Source of the DNA: Clostridia bacterium
Lineage (GTDB): Bacteria > Bacillota > Clostridia > Peptostreptococcales > Anaerovoracaceae
DNA length: 64,000 bases
Assembly (NCBI GenBank): GCA_900766045.1
Contig: CAAFTW010000046.1
Coordinates: 23,764-87,763 of the forward strand
Direction of reading: 5' to 3'
Under the pieces are notes generated by a model that did not search any database, was not told the origin of the DNA, and saw only the letters and a list, made by a program, of their open reading frames with translations. Of this stretch, positions 46,996-56,335 are shown piece after piece (the stretch's first letter is position 1; each line of letters begins with the position of its first letter). The translations under genes and the position numbers were made by a program.

Positions 46996-49718
46996 AGCGC
47001 ATCGTAACAGGAATACTGGCTCACGTCGATGCCGGGAAAACCACCCTGTCTGAAGCCATGCTGTATAAGACCGGAGAAATCAGCAGCCCGGGAAGAGTCG
47101 ACCACGGCACCAGCTTTTTAGACACAGGAAAGCTGGAAAGAAGCCGTGGAATTACGATTTTCTCTAAACAGGCCCAGCTGAGCTGGGACGATGTGCAGAT
47201 GACCATTCTGGATACTCCTGGACACGTGGATTTTGTCTCGGAGACGGAGAGAACCCTGTCCGTCCTGGATTACGCGATTCTTCTGATCAGCGCGGGCTCC
47301 GGCATCCAGAGCCACACGGAAACCCTGTGGAAGCTGCTGAAGAGAAGCAGGATTCCTACATTTATTTTTATGAATAAAATGGACCTGTCCATTCACAAGA
47401 AATCTGAGTGGATCGATATCCTGCAGGAGAAGTTCGGAAATAGATTTACGGACTTTTCTGTAACAGGCGGAGAGCGCTTCATTGACAGTCTGACTATGGG
47501 ATCGGAAGCGCTGATGGAAAAAGTACTGGATGACCAGAAAATTACTGATCTGGACATTGCCCTTGCAGTAAAAAGAAGGGAAGTATTTCCGGTGTTTTTC
47601 GGGTCGGCGCTGAAGACGGAAGGCATTTCCGAATTCCTTAAGGGCCTTGCCAGGTTTACTTTGTCAGAAGAGAAAAAAGAAAAGTTCGGCGCCAGGGTCT
47701 ATAAGATCGCCAGGGATGAGGATGACCGCCGCCTGACCTTTATGAAGATCACCGGGGGCAGCCTCCGGGTGAAGGATAAGATTGAAGGAAAAACGGACGA
47801 TGGGGAATCCTGGGAGGAGAAGGTCAACCAGATCCGCCTCTATTCCGGCCAGCAGTTTAACGCGGTTCAGGAAGCCGGCCAGGGCATGATCGTGGCGGCA
47901 GAAGGGCTTTCGCAGTCTGAGGCGGGTGACGGCTACGGCTTCGAGAAAAACTCGCATCCGGAGATTCTGGAGCCCTTTCTGACCTATACGGTAATTTCAG
48001 AGGATGGAACGGATTACCATACCCTGCTTCAGGAGGTCAGGGAGCTTGCGGAGGAGGATCCGAAGCTTCATGTCGGCTGGAAGGCTGCGGCGCAGGAAAT
48101 TCACATTCAGATGATGGGGCAGGTGCAGCTTGAAGTTCTGGCCCAGACCATGCTGGACCGTTTCGGGAGAAAAGTGTCTTTCGGATCCGGGAAGATTCTG
48201 TATAAGGAGACGATTGCATCGTCGGTGGAAGGCGTCGGCCACTTCGAACCGCTTCGACATTACGCCGAGGTGCATCTTCTGATCGAGCCTCAGGAGCGGG
48301 GAAGCGGGATATCCTATCAGTCTGTTGCGCCGGTGGACCAGCTGAACCGGAACTGGCAGAGTCAGATCATGACGGCCCTTCAGGAGTATTCCCACACGGG
48401 TGTACTGACCGGATCGCTTCTGACGGATGTGAAAATCACCCTGGTCAGCGGAAAGGCCAGCAAGAAACATACGGAAGGCGGAGATTTCCGTCAGGCTGCG
48501 CGGAGAGCCGTGAGAAACGGACTGATGAAGGCGGAGAACATTTTGCTGGAGCCCTGGTTTTCCTTTACGATCGAGCTTCCGACAGAAAACGTCGGGCGCG
48601 CCATGACGGACATGCAGAAGATCAGCGGGACATTCCAGCCGCCGGAAACGGGCGAGGACCATTCCCTTCTGAAGGGCCGGGGGCCTGCGTCCGGCCTGAT
48701 GCATTATCAGGAGGAGCTGACGCGGTATACGAGAGGAAATGGAAGAATTTACCTGCAGCTGGACGGCTACGATGCTTGCCACAACACAGAGGAAGTGCTG
48801 GAAGAAATCGGCTACGATCCTCTGCGCGACGTGGATAATCCGGCCGATTCCGTCTTCTGTATGCATGGGGAGAGCAATATCATCCCATGGGATCAGGTGG
48901 AGGAGTATATGCATCTTCCGAGCATTCTAGAGCAGGACGAAGAGGAAGATGATGTACTGGCCGCCGCGAGGGTGCACGAGTATGAACACCGGATCGCCGA
49001 CGATAAGGAGCTCATGGCGATTTTTGAGAAGACTTACGGGCAGATCGGCGGGGATAAAACTTCCGGAAATAACGTGCGGATGAATGCCGCAGGTTCCGGC
49101 ATTTCCGGCGTCCGGATGATTAACGCCGACGGAACGGTAGACTATGGGTATTCGACAAAAAGTTCCCGGCAAGAGGCCGTACCGGAAAGCGCGGCCGCAC
49201 GGGATCTTGATGCAGAGCAGAAAGCCCAGCAGAAGCATTCCCATCTGGCAGCCAGAAAAAAAGAAATGGAAAATCGCGCCCAGGAATACCTGATTGTGGA
49301 TGGCTACAACGTTCTGCATAACTGGGATAATCTGGAGGAACTCTGCAGGATGGACTACGGAGCAGCCCGGCAGCAGCTTCTGGAAACCCTCTGCAATTAC
49401 CAGGGCTTCATGCGCTGTAAGATTGCGGTGATTTTCGATGCCTATAAAGTAAAGGGCGGGGGTTCCGCCAGCAGCGGAAAGTTCCATGACATTGAAGTCA
49501 TCTACACGAACGAGGATCAGATCGCCGATTCCTATATCGAGCGTATGACAAAGGAATTATCCGGGAAATACCAGGTCCGTGTGGTGACGAGCGACAGCCA
49601 GGTGCAGCAGATTTCCCTGGGACACGGTGCCCTGAGGACATCATCCAGAGAATTTGAGGCAGAAGTCCGCTCCGTGGAAGATGCCATCCGCCGCGTGATC
49701 AGCAGGGAATCGAGTTGA
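46992..49718 (+). CDS. TetM/TetO-type (EF-G-like) translational GTPase fused to a C-terminal Rae1/YacP-like NYN ribonuclease domain
   Basis: Residues 1 to about 650 are collinear with ribosomal-protection GTPases (ILAHVDAGKTTL, DTPGH, NKMD, domains II-V). After a linker of about 100 aa, residues about 750-908 match YacP/Rae1 (LIVDGYNVLHNW...IAVIFDAYKVKGG...IEVIYTNEDQIADSYIE...VRVVTSDSQVQQISLGHGALRTSSREF). It is a single uninterrupted 908-codon ORF. Confidence 0.8.
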   Translation: MKRIVTGILAHVDAGKTTLSEAMLYKTGEISSPGRVDHGTSFLDTGKLERSRGITIFSKQAQLSWDDVQMTILDTPGHVDFVSETERTLSVLDYAILLISAGSGIQSHTETLWKLLKRSRIPTFIFMNKMDLSIHKKSEWIDILQEKFGNRFTDFSVTGGERFIDSLTMGSEALMEKVLDDQKITDLDIALAVKRREVFPVFFGSALKTEGISEFLKGLARFTLSEEKKEKFGARVYKIARDEDDRRLTFMKITGGSLRVKDKIEGKTDDGESWEEKVNQIRLYSGQQFNAVQEAGQGMIVAAEGLSQSEAGDGYGFEKNSHPEILEPFLTYTVISEDGTDYHTLLQEVRELAEEDPKLHVGWKAAAQEIHIQMMGQVQLEVLAQTMLDRFGRKVSFGSGKILYKETIASSVEGVGHFEPLRHYAEVHLLIEPQERGSGISYQSVAPVDQLNRNWQSQIMTALQEYSHTGVLTGSLLTDVKITLVSGKASKKHTEGGDFRQAARRAVRNGLMKAENILLEPWFSFTIELPTENVGRAMTDMQKISGTFQPPETGEDHSLLKGRGPASGLMHYQEELTRYTRGNGRIYLQLDGYDACHNTEEVLEEIGYDPLRDVDNPADSVFCMHGESNIIPWDQVEEYMHLPSILEQDEEEDDVLAAARVHEYEHRIADDKELMAIFEKTYGQIGGDKTSGNNVRMNAAGSGISGVRMINADGTVDYGYSTKSSRQEAVPESAAARDLDAEQKAQQKHSHLAARKKEMENRAQEYLIVDGYNVLHNWDNLEELCRMDYGAARQQLLETLCNYQGFMRCKIAVIFDAYKVKGGGSASSGKFHDIEVIYTNEDQIADSYIERMTKELSGKYQVRVVTSDSQVQQISLGHGALRTSSREFEAEVRSVEDAIRRVISRESS

Positions 49719-49828
49719 AGTGACTGTTGAAGTCATGGTATAATAAAATATAAATGGGTACTTGAGGAAAAGAGAACACAGATACTTATTTATTTGAAAG
49801 ATAATCATAGATAAAGGAGCAGAACTGT

Positions 49829-50533
49829 ATGGAACCAAAATATAACCGAGTGCTTCTGAAGATCAGCGGTGAGGCCCTTTCCGGCGGAAGCGGAAGCGGC
49901 ATCAATGAGGAGATGACGGCACTGGTCGCCAGAGAGATCAAGCAGCTGCATGATCTGGGTGTAGAGGTTGCGATTGTCGTCGGAGGCGGAAATTTCTGGA
50001 GAGGCAGAACCAGCCAGAGTATGAAGAGGGAGACAGCAGACTATATCGGAATGCTGGCTACCGTCATGAATTCCCTGGCCCTGCAGGACGCCTTGCTTGC
50101 AGAAGGCGTCAAGGCCAGAGTGCAGACTTCCATCACCATGAATGAAGTCGCAGAGCCGTATATCTGGAGAAGAGCGCTGAAGGAACTGAGCGACAAGGAT
50201 GTCGTGATTTTCGGAGCTGGCATCGGAGAGCCGCATTTCTCCACGGATACAGCGGCTGCCCTGCGTGCGGTGAACATCGACGCGGATATCATTCTGCTCG
50301 CAAAGAATATCGATGCGGTTTATTCCGCAGATCCGAAGATGGATCCGAATGCAGTGAAGTATGACCACCTGACGATGAAAGAAGTTGTCGAGCGTGAGCT
50401 GAAGGTCATGGACCTGACTGCAGCAACCATCTGCATGGAAAACAACATGAAGATTCAGGTGTTCGGACTGGCTGAGGAAAACAGCATGGTCAGAGCCGTC
50501 TGCGGAGAACAGATCGGAACCTTGATCGAGTGA
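49829..50533 (+). CDS. pyrH: UMP kinase
   Basis: YNRVLLKISGEAL...VVGGGNFWRG. Ribosome-binding site AAAGGAG. Confidence 0.92.
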   Translation: MEPKYNRVLLKISGEALSGGSGSGINEEMTALVAREIKQLHDLGVEVAIVVGGGNFWRGRTSQSMKRETADYIGMLATVMNSLALQDALLAEGVKARVQTSITMNEVAEPYIWRRALKELSDKDVVIFGAGIGEPHFSTDTAAALRAVNIDADIILLAKNIDAVYSADPKMDPNAVKYDHLTMKEVVERELKVMDLTAATICMENNMKIQVFGLAEENSMVRAVCGEQIGTLIE

Positions 50534-50710
50534 TCATTATATGCTTTAAGAATACAATACATCAGGCAGACAGCCCGGTAGTTATCGCGGGCGGAAGATA
50601 CAGAAGTTTACCGTAGAAAAAGAGAGTATTTCCTTGCGGAGTAATTTTTGCCATAAGTGCGCAGGGATCTCATGCCGGCTGCGGCCGGATCAACCACAGG
50701 AGGACTGAAA

Positions 50711-51262
50711 ATGGCTAAAAATAAGTCTTTAGATGAGAAAATCGAAAGAACCAAGATTGACCTGAAAGAGGCGCTGAACACGGTGCGTGCAGGACGCGCG
50801 AACGCAGCGCTGCTGGACCGTGTAACCGTTGATTATTACGGATCACCGACACCGCTGAAGAGCCTGGCGAACATTTCCACTCCGGATCCGAGAACGCTGA
50901 TGATCACGCCGTTCGATCCGAAGTCCGTGGGAGACATTGAGAAGGCAATTGAGGTTGCCAACCTGGGCATCACACCGACCAACGATGGAAAGGTCATCCG
51001 CCTCGTCATTCCGCCGCTGACCGAGGAGCGCCGTAAGGAACTGAAGAAGACCACCAAGAAGATGGGTGAGGATGCCAAGGTTGCAGTCAGAAACCTGAGA
51101 AGAAAGGTTAATGATGACATCAAGAAGCGCGAGAAGGATGGAGAAATTTCTGAGGACGACCGTAATGAGGAGCTGGAAGAAACGCAGAAGACCATTGATA
51201 AGGCGATCAAGGATATCGACCAGATTATCGCACAGAAAGATAAGGAGATTATGGAAGTATAA
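50711..51262 (+). CDS. frr: Ribosome recycling factor
   Basis: LKEALNTVRAGRANAALLDRVTVDYYGSPTPLKSLANIS...LVIPPLTEERRKEL. AGGAGG ribosome-binding site before the ATG at 50711. Confidence 0.92.
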   Translation: MAKNKSLDEKIERTKIDLKEALNTVRAGRANAALLDRVTVDYYGSPTPLKSLANISTPDPRTLMITPFDPKSVGDIEKAIEVANLGITPTNDGKVIRLVIPPLTEERRKELKKTTKKMGEDAKVAVRNLRRKVNDDIKKREKDGEISEDDRNEELEETQKTIDKAIKDIDQIIAQKDKEIMEV

Positions 51263-51281
51263 TTCCGAAAACTTTATAGGG

Positions 51282-51312
51282 CGGCTGCTGTTGGATGCAG
51301 CCGTCTTTTTCA
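51282..51312 (+). terminator. Rho-independent terminator after frr
   Basis: GGCGGCTGC...GCAGCCGTC followed by TTTTTC. It lies inside the long ORF-track version of uppS, which supports the later uppS start. Confidence 0.7.
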
Positions 51313-51390
51313 CGTTATGGAAGATGCCGCATTATATGCGCGCTGTGTGCATCGATGCGGAAAAATCAGACGAAAGGAACAGAATCAATT

Positions 51391-52113
51391 ATGCTGGATA
51401 AAGACAGAATGCCGCGTCACGTCGCGATCATTATGGATGGAAACGGCAGATGGGCAAAGAAACATGGCGTTCCGCGCCTTGCCGGACATAACGCGGGCAT
51501 GGAATCCATGAAGGAAATCGTGCGCTGCGCATCGAATCTCGGCATTCAGTATCTGACGGTTTATGCGTTTTCCACAGAAAACTGGAAACGCTCACAGGAA
51601 GAGGTCGGCGGAATTTTCAAGCTGCTGACCAAGTTCGTAGACCTGGATCTGGATGAACTGAACGAGCAGAATGTAAGAGTAAAGTGCTTCGGCGACTATT
51701 CCATCATCCCGCCCAAGGCAAAGAAAAGCATGGATGAGACGCTGGAAGAAACTGAGGATAACACGGGCATGCAGTTTAACATCGCCCTGAACTACGGCGG
51801 ACGCGCGGACATCCTGCGCGGCGTGAACAAGATCGCTGGTCAGATCCGAAGCGGGGAGATCAAAGGAGAGATCACAGAAGACATGCTCAGCCGTTCACTC
51901 TGGTCCGGAGATGAGAACGGAAACGTTCCGGATCCGGATGTGATCATCCGTACCAGCGGTGAAGAGCGTCTTTCCAACTTCCTTCTCTGGCAGTGCGCCT
52001 ACAGCGAGTTCGTATTCACCGATGTGCTCTGGCCGGATTTCACCCCGGAAGTATTCAAACAGCTTCTGGAGGAGTATCAGGGGAGAGACAGAAGGTTCGG
52101 CGGAAGAAAGTAA
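51391..52113 (+). CDS. uppS: Undecaprenyl-diphosphate synthase
   Basis: PRHVAIIMDGNGRWAKK...LTVYAFSTENWKR. Confidence 0.9.
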   Translation: MLDKDRMPRHVAIIMDGNGRWAKKHGVPRLAGHNAGMESMKEIVRCASNLGIQYLTVYAFSTENWKRSQEEVGGIFKLLTKFVDLDLDELNEQNVRVKCFGDYSIIPPKAKKSMDETLEETEDNTGMQFNIALNYGGRADILRGVNKIAGQIRSGEIKGEITEDMLSRSLWSGDENGNVPDPDVIIRTSGEERLSNFLLWQCAYSEFVFTDVLWPDFTPEVFKQLLEEYQGRDRRFGGRK

Positions 52114-52228
52114 TCGGGTCATTCAGGCGTCATGCACCATCCCGGAATCTGAAGTTTCATGCCCGGGACAGCGTGAATTCCGCATAATCGGGATCTCCGC
52201 CTGCAGTTGTTTTAGAAAGTGTGAGAAT

Positions 52229-53032
52229 ATGAAAACAAGAATTATTTCCGGCGCATGCATGGTGCCGCTTCTGATTTTCGTCTGGCTGGGCGGTTACTGG
52301 CTGACCGCACTGGCCATCCTGATCGGTGCCATGGGTGTCCACGAGTTTTACCGTGGATTCCGCGAGATCGGCGTCCACGCAAACGAACCGATGGCATACA
52401 TATTCATGTTCATCCTGTACCTGTTAAACGGTTTCTGGCCGGACGATTACAAACTGATCGCCGCCTGGCTGGTGGCCGTCATTATGGCAGGCTCTGTATA
52501 CATGTTCAACGTGCAGAAGAGAACCCCGGACGATGCGATGGTTACCATCATCGGAATCATCTACATCATCTTCTTCTCCTTCCACGTCACCATGATCGAT
52601 GAGACGGGCGCATTCAGCATCTTTAAGTGGCTGATCCTGCTGACCGCCTTCGGAACCGATATTTTTGCCTATTTCACAGGCGTATTCCTAGGAAAGCATA
52701 AGATGGCGCCGCATCTGAGTCCTAAGAAGACCTGGGAAGGTGCGATCGGAGGCATCATCGGATGCACCCTGGTCTGCTGGGGATTTGGTATGATTTTCTG
52801 CAGAGAATTCGTCGGAACCTGCGTCATCATGGGACTGATCGGCGCACCGATTTCCATGTTCGGCGACCTGACCGCATCCGCATATAAGAGGAAAATGGGC
52901 ATCAAGGACTACGGAAACCTCATCCCGGGCCACGGCGGCATCATGGACCGTTTTGACAGCATCCTGTTTACGGCTCCGTTTATTTACTATTACACCGCGA
53001 TCATCCTGATGCATTTCCACATCATTTTCTAG
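52229..53032 (+). CDS. cdsA: Phosphatidate cytidylyltransferase
   Basis: Polytopic protein; C-terminal SxxKRxxGxKDxGxLIPGHGGIMDRFDS signature. Confidence 0.88.
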   Translation: MKTRIISGACMVPLLIFVWLGGYWLTALAILIGAMGVHEFYRGFREIGVHANEPMAYIFMFILYLLNGFWPDDYKLIAAWLVAVIMAGSVYMFNVQKRTPDDAMVTIIGIIYIIFFSFHVTMIDETGAFSIFKWLILLTAFGTDIFAYFTGVFLGKHKMAPHLSPKKTWEGAIGGIIGCTLVCWGFGMIFCREFVGTCVIMGLIGAPISMFGDLTASAYKRKMGIKDYGNLIPGHGGIMDRFDSILFTAPFIYYYTAIILMHFHIIF

Positions 53033-53048
53033 AGAGGACAAAAATCAC

Positions 53049-54206
53049 ATGGCAAGGAAAAAAATTACAATTCTCGGAAGCACCGGTTCCATCGGAACCC
53101 AGACCCTGGACGTGATCGGCCGTCATCCGGAAGCCTTTCAGGTGACCGCGCTGACCTGCGGAAAAAATATCGATCTGCTGAGAAAACAGATCAGACAGTT
53201 CCGTCCGGAAATGGTCTGCACGGCAGAAGAGGAAGACGCAGCCGCACTAAAAAAAGAATTTCCGCGCCTTGAAGTGGTTTACGGAAAAGGCGGCTTGATC
53301 GATGCGGCAGAAAAAGAAAGTGATCTCCTGGTCAACTCTCTGATGGGTATGCGCGGCATGGTGCCGACTTATCACGCGATCCAGAGCGGAAAAGACATCG
53401 CCCTGGCGAATAAAGAGACTCTGGTTACGGGCGGACATCTGATTATGGATGCCGTAAAAAAGAATAAGGTGAAAATGCTTCCGGTCGACAGCGAGCATTC
53501 TGCAATTTTCCAGTGTCTGCAGGGAAATAAAGGAAAGAAGATCAGAAGAATCCTGCTTACCGCATCCGGCGGGCCCTTCCGCGGCTGGAACTACAGTCAG
53601 CTGAAGACCGTAACACCGGAGATGGCCCTGAAACATCCGAACTGGAATATGGGCAGAAAAATCACTATCGATTCCGCGACGATGATGAACAAGGGACTGG
53701 AAATGATCGAAGCCAAGTGGCTCTTCCATGTGGATATCGATGATATTCAGGTTCTGGTGCATCCGCAGAGCATTGTACATTCCGCCGTCGAATTCGATGA
53801 TACGACGGTCATCGCGCAGATGGGAAAGGCGGATATGAGAATTCCGATCAGTGTGGCCCTGGGATATCCGGAAAGACTTCACTGGGAGGGAGAAGGACTG
53901 GACTTTTTCCATTCTCCTGCGAACCAGCTGACTTTTGAAGAGCCGGATACAGCAGCATTCCGCTGCCTTCCTCTGGCGGTTTCCGCATCGAAAGAGGGCG
54001 GAAGCTGTCCGGCGGTCATGAATGCGGCCAATGAAGTTCTGGTGCAGGCTTTTCTGGATCATAAAATCGGTTTTACCGACATTCCGGAAAGCATCGAGAA
54101 AATCATGCAGCAGCATCATAAAGTAGAAAATCCGGATCTCACGCAGATTCTGGAAATCGATGAGCAGACGCGTGAGAAGACATACAGAGATTTCGTCGAA
54201 AAGTAA
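53049..54206 (+). CDS. dxr: 1-deoxy-D-xylulose-5-phosphate reductoisomerase
   Basis: KITILGSTGSIGTQTLDV...LPVDSEHSAIFQCL. Confidence 0.92.
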   Translation: MARKKITILGSTGSIGTQTLDVIGRHPEAFQVTALTCGKNIDLLRKQIRQFRPEMVCTAEEEDAAALKKEFPRLEVVYGKGGLIDAAEKESDLLVNSLMGMRGMVPTYHAIQSGKDIALANKETLVTGGHLIMDAVKKNKVKMLPVDSEHSAIFQCLQGNKGKKIRRILLTASGGPFRGWNYSQLKTVTPEMALKHPNWNMGRKITIDSATMMNKGLEMIEAKWLFHVDIDDIQVLVHPQSIVHSAVEFDDTTVIAQMGKADMRIPISVALGYPERLHWEGEGLDFFHSPANQLTFEEPDTAAFRCLPLAVSASKEGGSCPAVMNAANEVLVQAFLDHKIGFTDIPESIEKIMQQHHKVENPDLTQILEIDEQTREKTYRDFVEK

Positions 54207-54216
54207 AGGATAGATT

Positions 54217-55212
54217 ATGCATACACTGATTCTTGCCGTTCTCTTGTTTGTGGTGATGATTTTTCCCCATGAACTCGGACATTTTCTGGCCGCGAGAGCG
54301 GTGGGCGTTCAGGTCAATGAGTTTTCCTTTGGAATGGGACCTGCTCTCTGGAAAAAAGAAAAAAACGGAACCCTCTACGCAGTGAGACTCCTTCCGATCG
54401 GTGGTTACTGCGCCATGGAGGGAGAAAATGAAAACAGTGGTCATGAGGGATCATTCAGCAGTAAAACAGCGGGACAGAAATTTCTGGTTCTTGTGGCAGG
54501 CGCAGTCATGAATCTGATCATTTGTATTATGCTTTTTATGCTGGTCTTCTGCATCAACGGTATGACTACGACGACTGTTTCTAAAACCGAAGCGGGAAAG
54601 CCCGCCTTCACTGCAGGCATTCGGGCCGGCGACAGGATTACAGAAATCAACCAGAAAAAGGTCAGCTCCTGGGATGGAGTCGGAACAATCGTGCAGGCCC
54701 AGAAGGGGAAAACCGTGTCTGTAACGGTTAACCGCACAGGATCGGAAAAGACATTTTCCATTACCCCGGTGAAAAGCCAGGGAAGATATCTGATCGGAAT
54801 CGAACCGGTTCTTTCCCATAACCCGGCCAGAGCCTTCGTCCGCAGTGTCCGGGCCACAGGCTATGCGGGAGCCTTTATGTATAAAACGCTGGGACAGCTG
54901 ATTACCGGAAAGGCCGGTATGAAGGACGTCAGCGGACCGGTGGGCATCGTGACGGCGGTGCATAAGACTGTAAAATACGGATTTACCTATTTCCTGACCT
55001 TTACGGCCTTCATCAGCCTGAACCTTGCTATAGTCAATCTGCTTCCGCTTCCGGCACTGGATGGAGGAAGAATCCTTTTCCTTCTGATCCGGAAGATCGG
55101 AAAAAATCACATTACCGATTCCATGGAAGGAAGCGTTCATCTGATCGGTTTTGCCCTTCTGATGGCGCTGACCATTGTGGTTACCTGGCATGATATCACC
55201 CGCCTTTTCTGA
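54217..55212 (+). CDS. rseP: RIP zinc metalloprotease (site-2 protease) with a PDZ domain
   Basis: HELGHFLAAR (HExxH), PDZ segment, LDGG motif in the C-terminal transmembrane region. Confidence 0.88.
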   Translation: MHTLILAVLLFVVMIFPHELGHFLAARAVGVQVNEFSFGMGPALWKKEKNGTLYAVRLLPIGGYCAMEGENENSGHEGSFSSKTAGQKFLVLVAGAVMNLIICIMLFMLVFCINGMTTTTVSKTEAGKPAFTAGIRAGDRITEINQKKVSSWDGVGTIVQAQKGKTVSVTVNRTGSEKTFSITPVKSQGRYLIGIEPVLSHNPARAFVRSVRATGYAGAFMYKTLGQLITGKAGMKDVSGPVGIVTAVHKTVKYGFTYFLTFTAFISLNLAIVNLLPLPALDGGRILFLLIRKIGKNHITDSMEGSVHLIGFALLMALTIVVTWHDITRLF

Positions 55213-55267
55213 TGGACAGAAAACGGGTTCTGTGATAAGGTAGTCAGACACAGAAAAGAGGATTACG

Positions 55268-56335
55268 ATGAGCAGCAGAAAACAGGTTATGGTGCGCAAT
55301 GTCCCGCTTGGAGGCGGCGCACCGGTGGTTATACAGTCCATGTGCAATGTGGATTCCAGAGATGAAGAGGGAATCCTGAAACAGATCAGAGAGCTTCAGG
55401 AGGCGGGATGTCAGATTGTCCGTCTGGCCGTCCCGAACCAGGAGGCCCTGCAGGTCTTCTCCCGCGTCCGGCCGAAAACGGACATGCCTCTTGTTGCCGA
55501 CATTCATTTTGACTGGAGAATGGCGGTTGGAGCAATTGAGGCCGGAGCAGATAAGATCCGCATCAACCCGGGAAACATCGGTTCCCGGGAGAATGTACAG
55601 CGGATTGTGGATGCCGCAAAAGAGCATCGGGTTCCGATCCGCGTCGGCGTAAACTCAGGATCCGTGGAAAAGGATCTGCTGCAGAAATACGGCCACGTGA
55701 CGGCAGAAGCCCTTGCGGAGAGTGCCGTAAAGAACGTCCGCATGATCGAGGACATGGGTTATGATGATCTGGTTGTTTCCATTAAATCCAGCGATGTGCA
55801 GATGAATTTTGATGCGCATAAGATTGCGGCGAAGAAGATCGATCATCCCTTCCATATCGGCATCACAGAAGCCGGAACGGTCAAAATGGGAAAGATCAAG
55901 AGTGCAGCCGGGATTGGCGCCCTGCTTCTGTCCGGAATCGGAGACACACTCCGTGTCTCCCTGACTGCTGACCCGGTAGAAGAGGTTCTTTTTGCCAGAA
56001 ATCTGCTGGAAAGCATCGGCCTGAGAAAACCGAAGTTCGAGCTGGTGAGCTGCCCGACCTGCGGCAGGACCAGAATTCCGCTGCAGAAACTTGCAGAGTC
56101 GGTGGAAAAACGCCTGACGGAAGAGAAAGACCTTCCGGAAGGACTGAAAATCGCAGTGATGGGATGTGTGGTCAACGGGCCGGGAGAGGCGGCAGAAGCG
56201 GATTACGGCATCTGCGGAGGTGACGGAAAAGGCATTATCTTCGCTAAAGGAAAAGTACTGAAAACCGTGAAAGAAGACGAACTTGAGGACGGTCTGATCG
56301 CGGCGATTCGTGAAGGAGCGGGAAAGATTGAATAA
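55268..56335 (+). CDS. ispG: 4-hydroxy-3-methylbut-2-enyl diphosphate synthase
   Basis: GcpE TIM-barrel N-terminal half. C-terminal CPTCGR...GCVVNGPGE 4Fe-4S motif. Confidence 0.92.
   Translation: MSSRKQVMVRNVPLGGGAPVVIQSMCNVDSRDEEGILKQIRELQEAGCQIVRLAVPNQEALQVFSRVRPKTDMPLVADIHFDWRMAVGAIEAGADKIRINPGNIGSRENVQRIVDAAKEHRVPIRVGVNSGSVEKDLLQKYGHVTAEALAESAVKNVRMIEDMGYDDLVVSIKSSDVQMNFDAHKIAAKKIDHPFHIGITEAGTVKMGKIKSAAGIGALLLSGIGDTLRVSLTADPVEEVLFARNLLESIGLRKPKFELVSCPTCGRTRIPLQKLAESVEKRLTEEKDLPEGLKIAVMGCVVNGPGEAAEADYGICGGDGKGIIFAKGKVLKTVKEDELEDGLIAAIREGAGKIE

Noticed and set aside
51295-51390. N-terminal 32-codon extension of uppS in the ORF track.
   Set aside because: The frr terminator hairpin lies inside this extension. 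The conserved UppS N-terminus begins at MLDKDRMPRHVAII (ATG at 51391), which has a ribosome-binding site.
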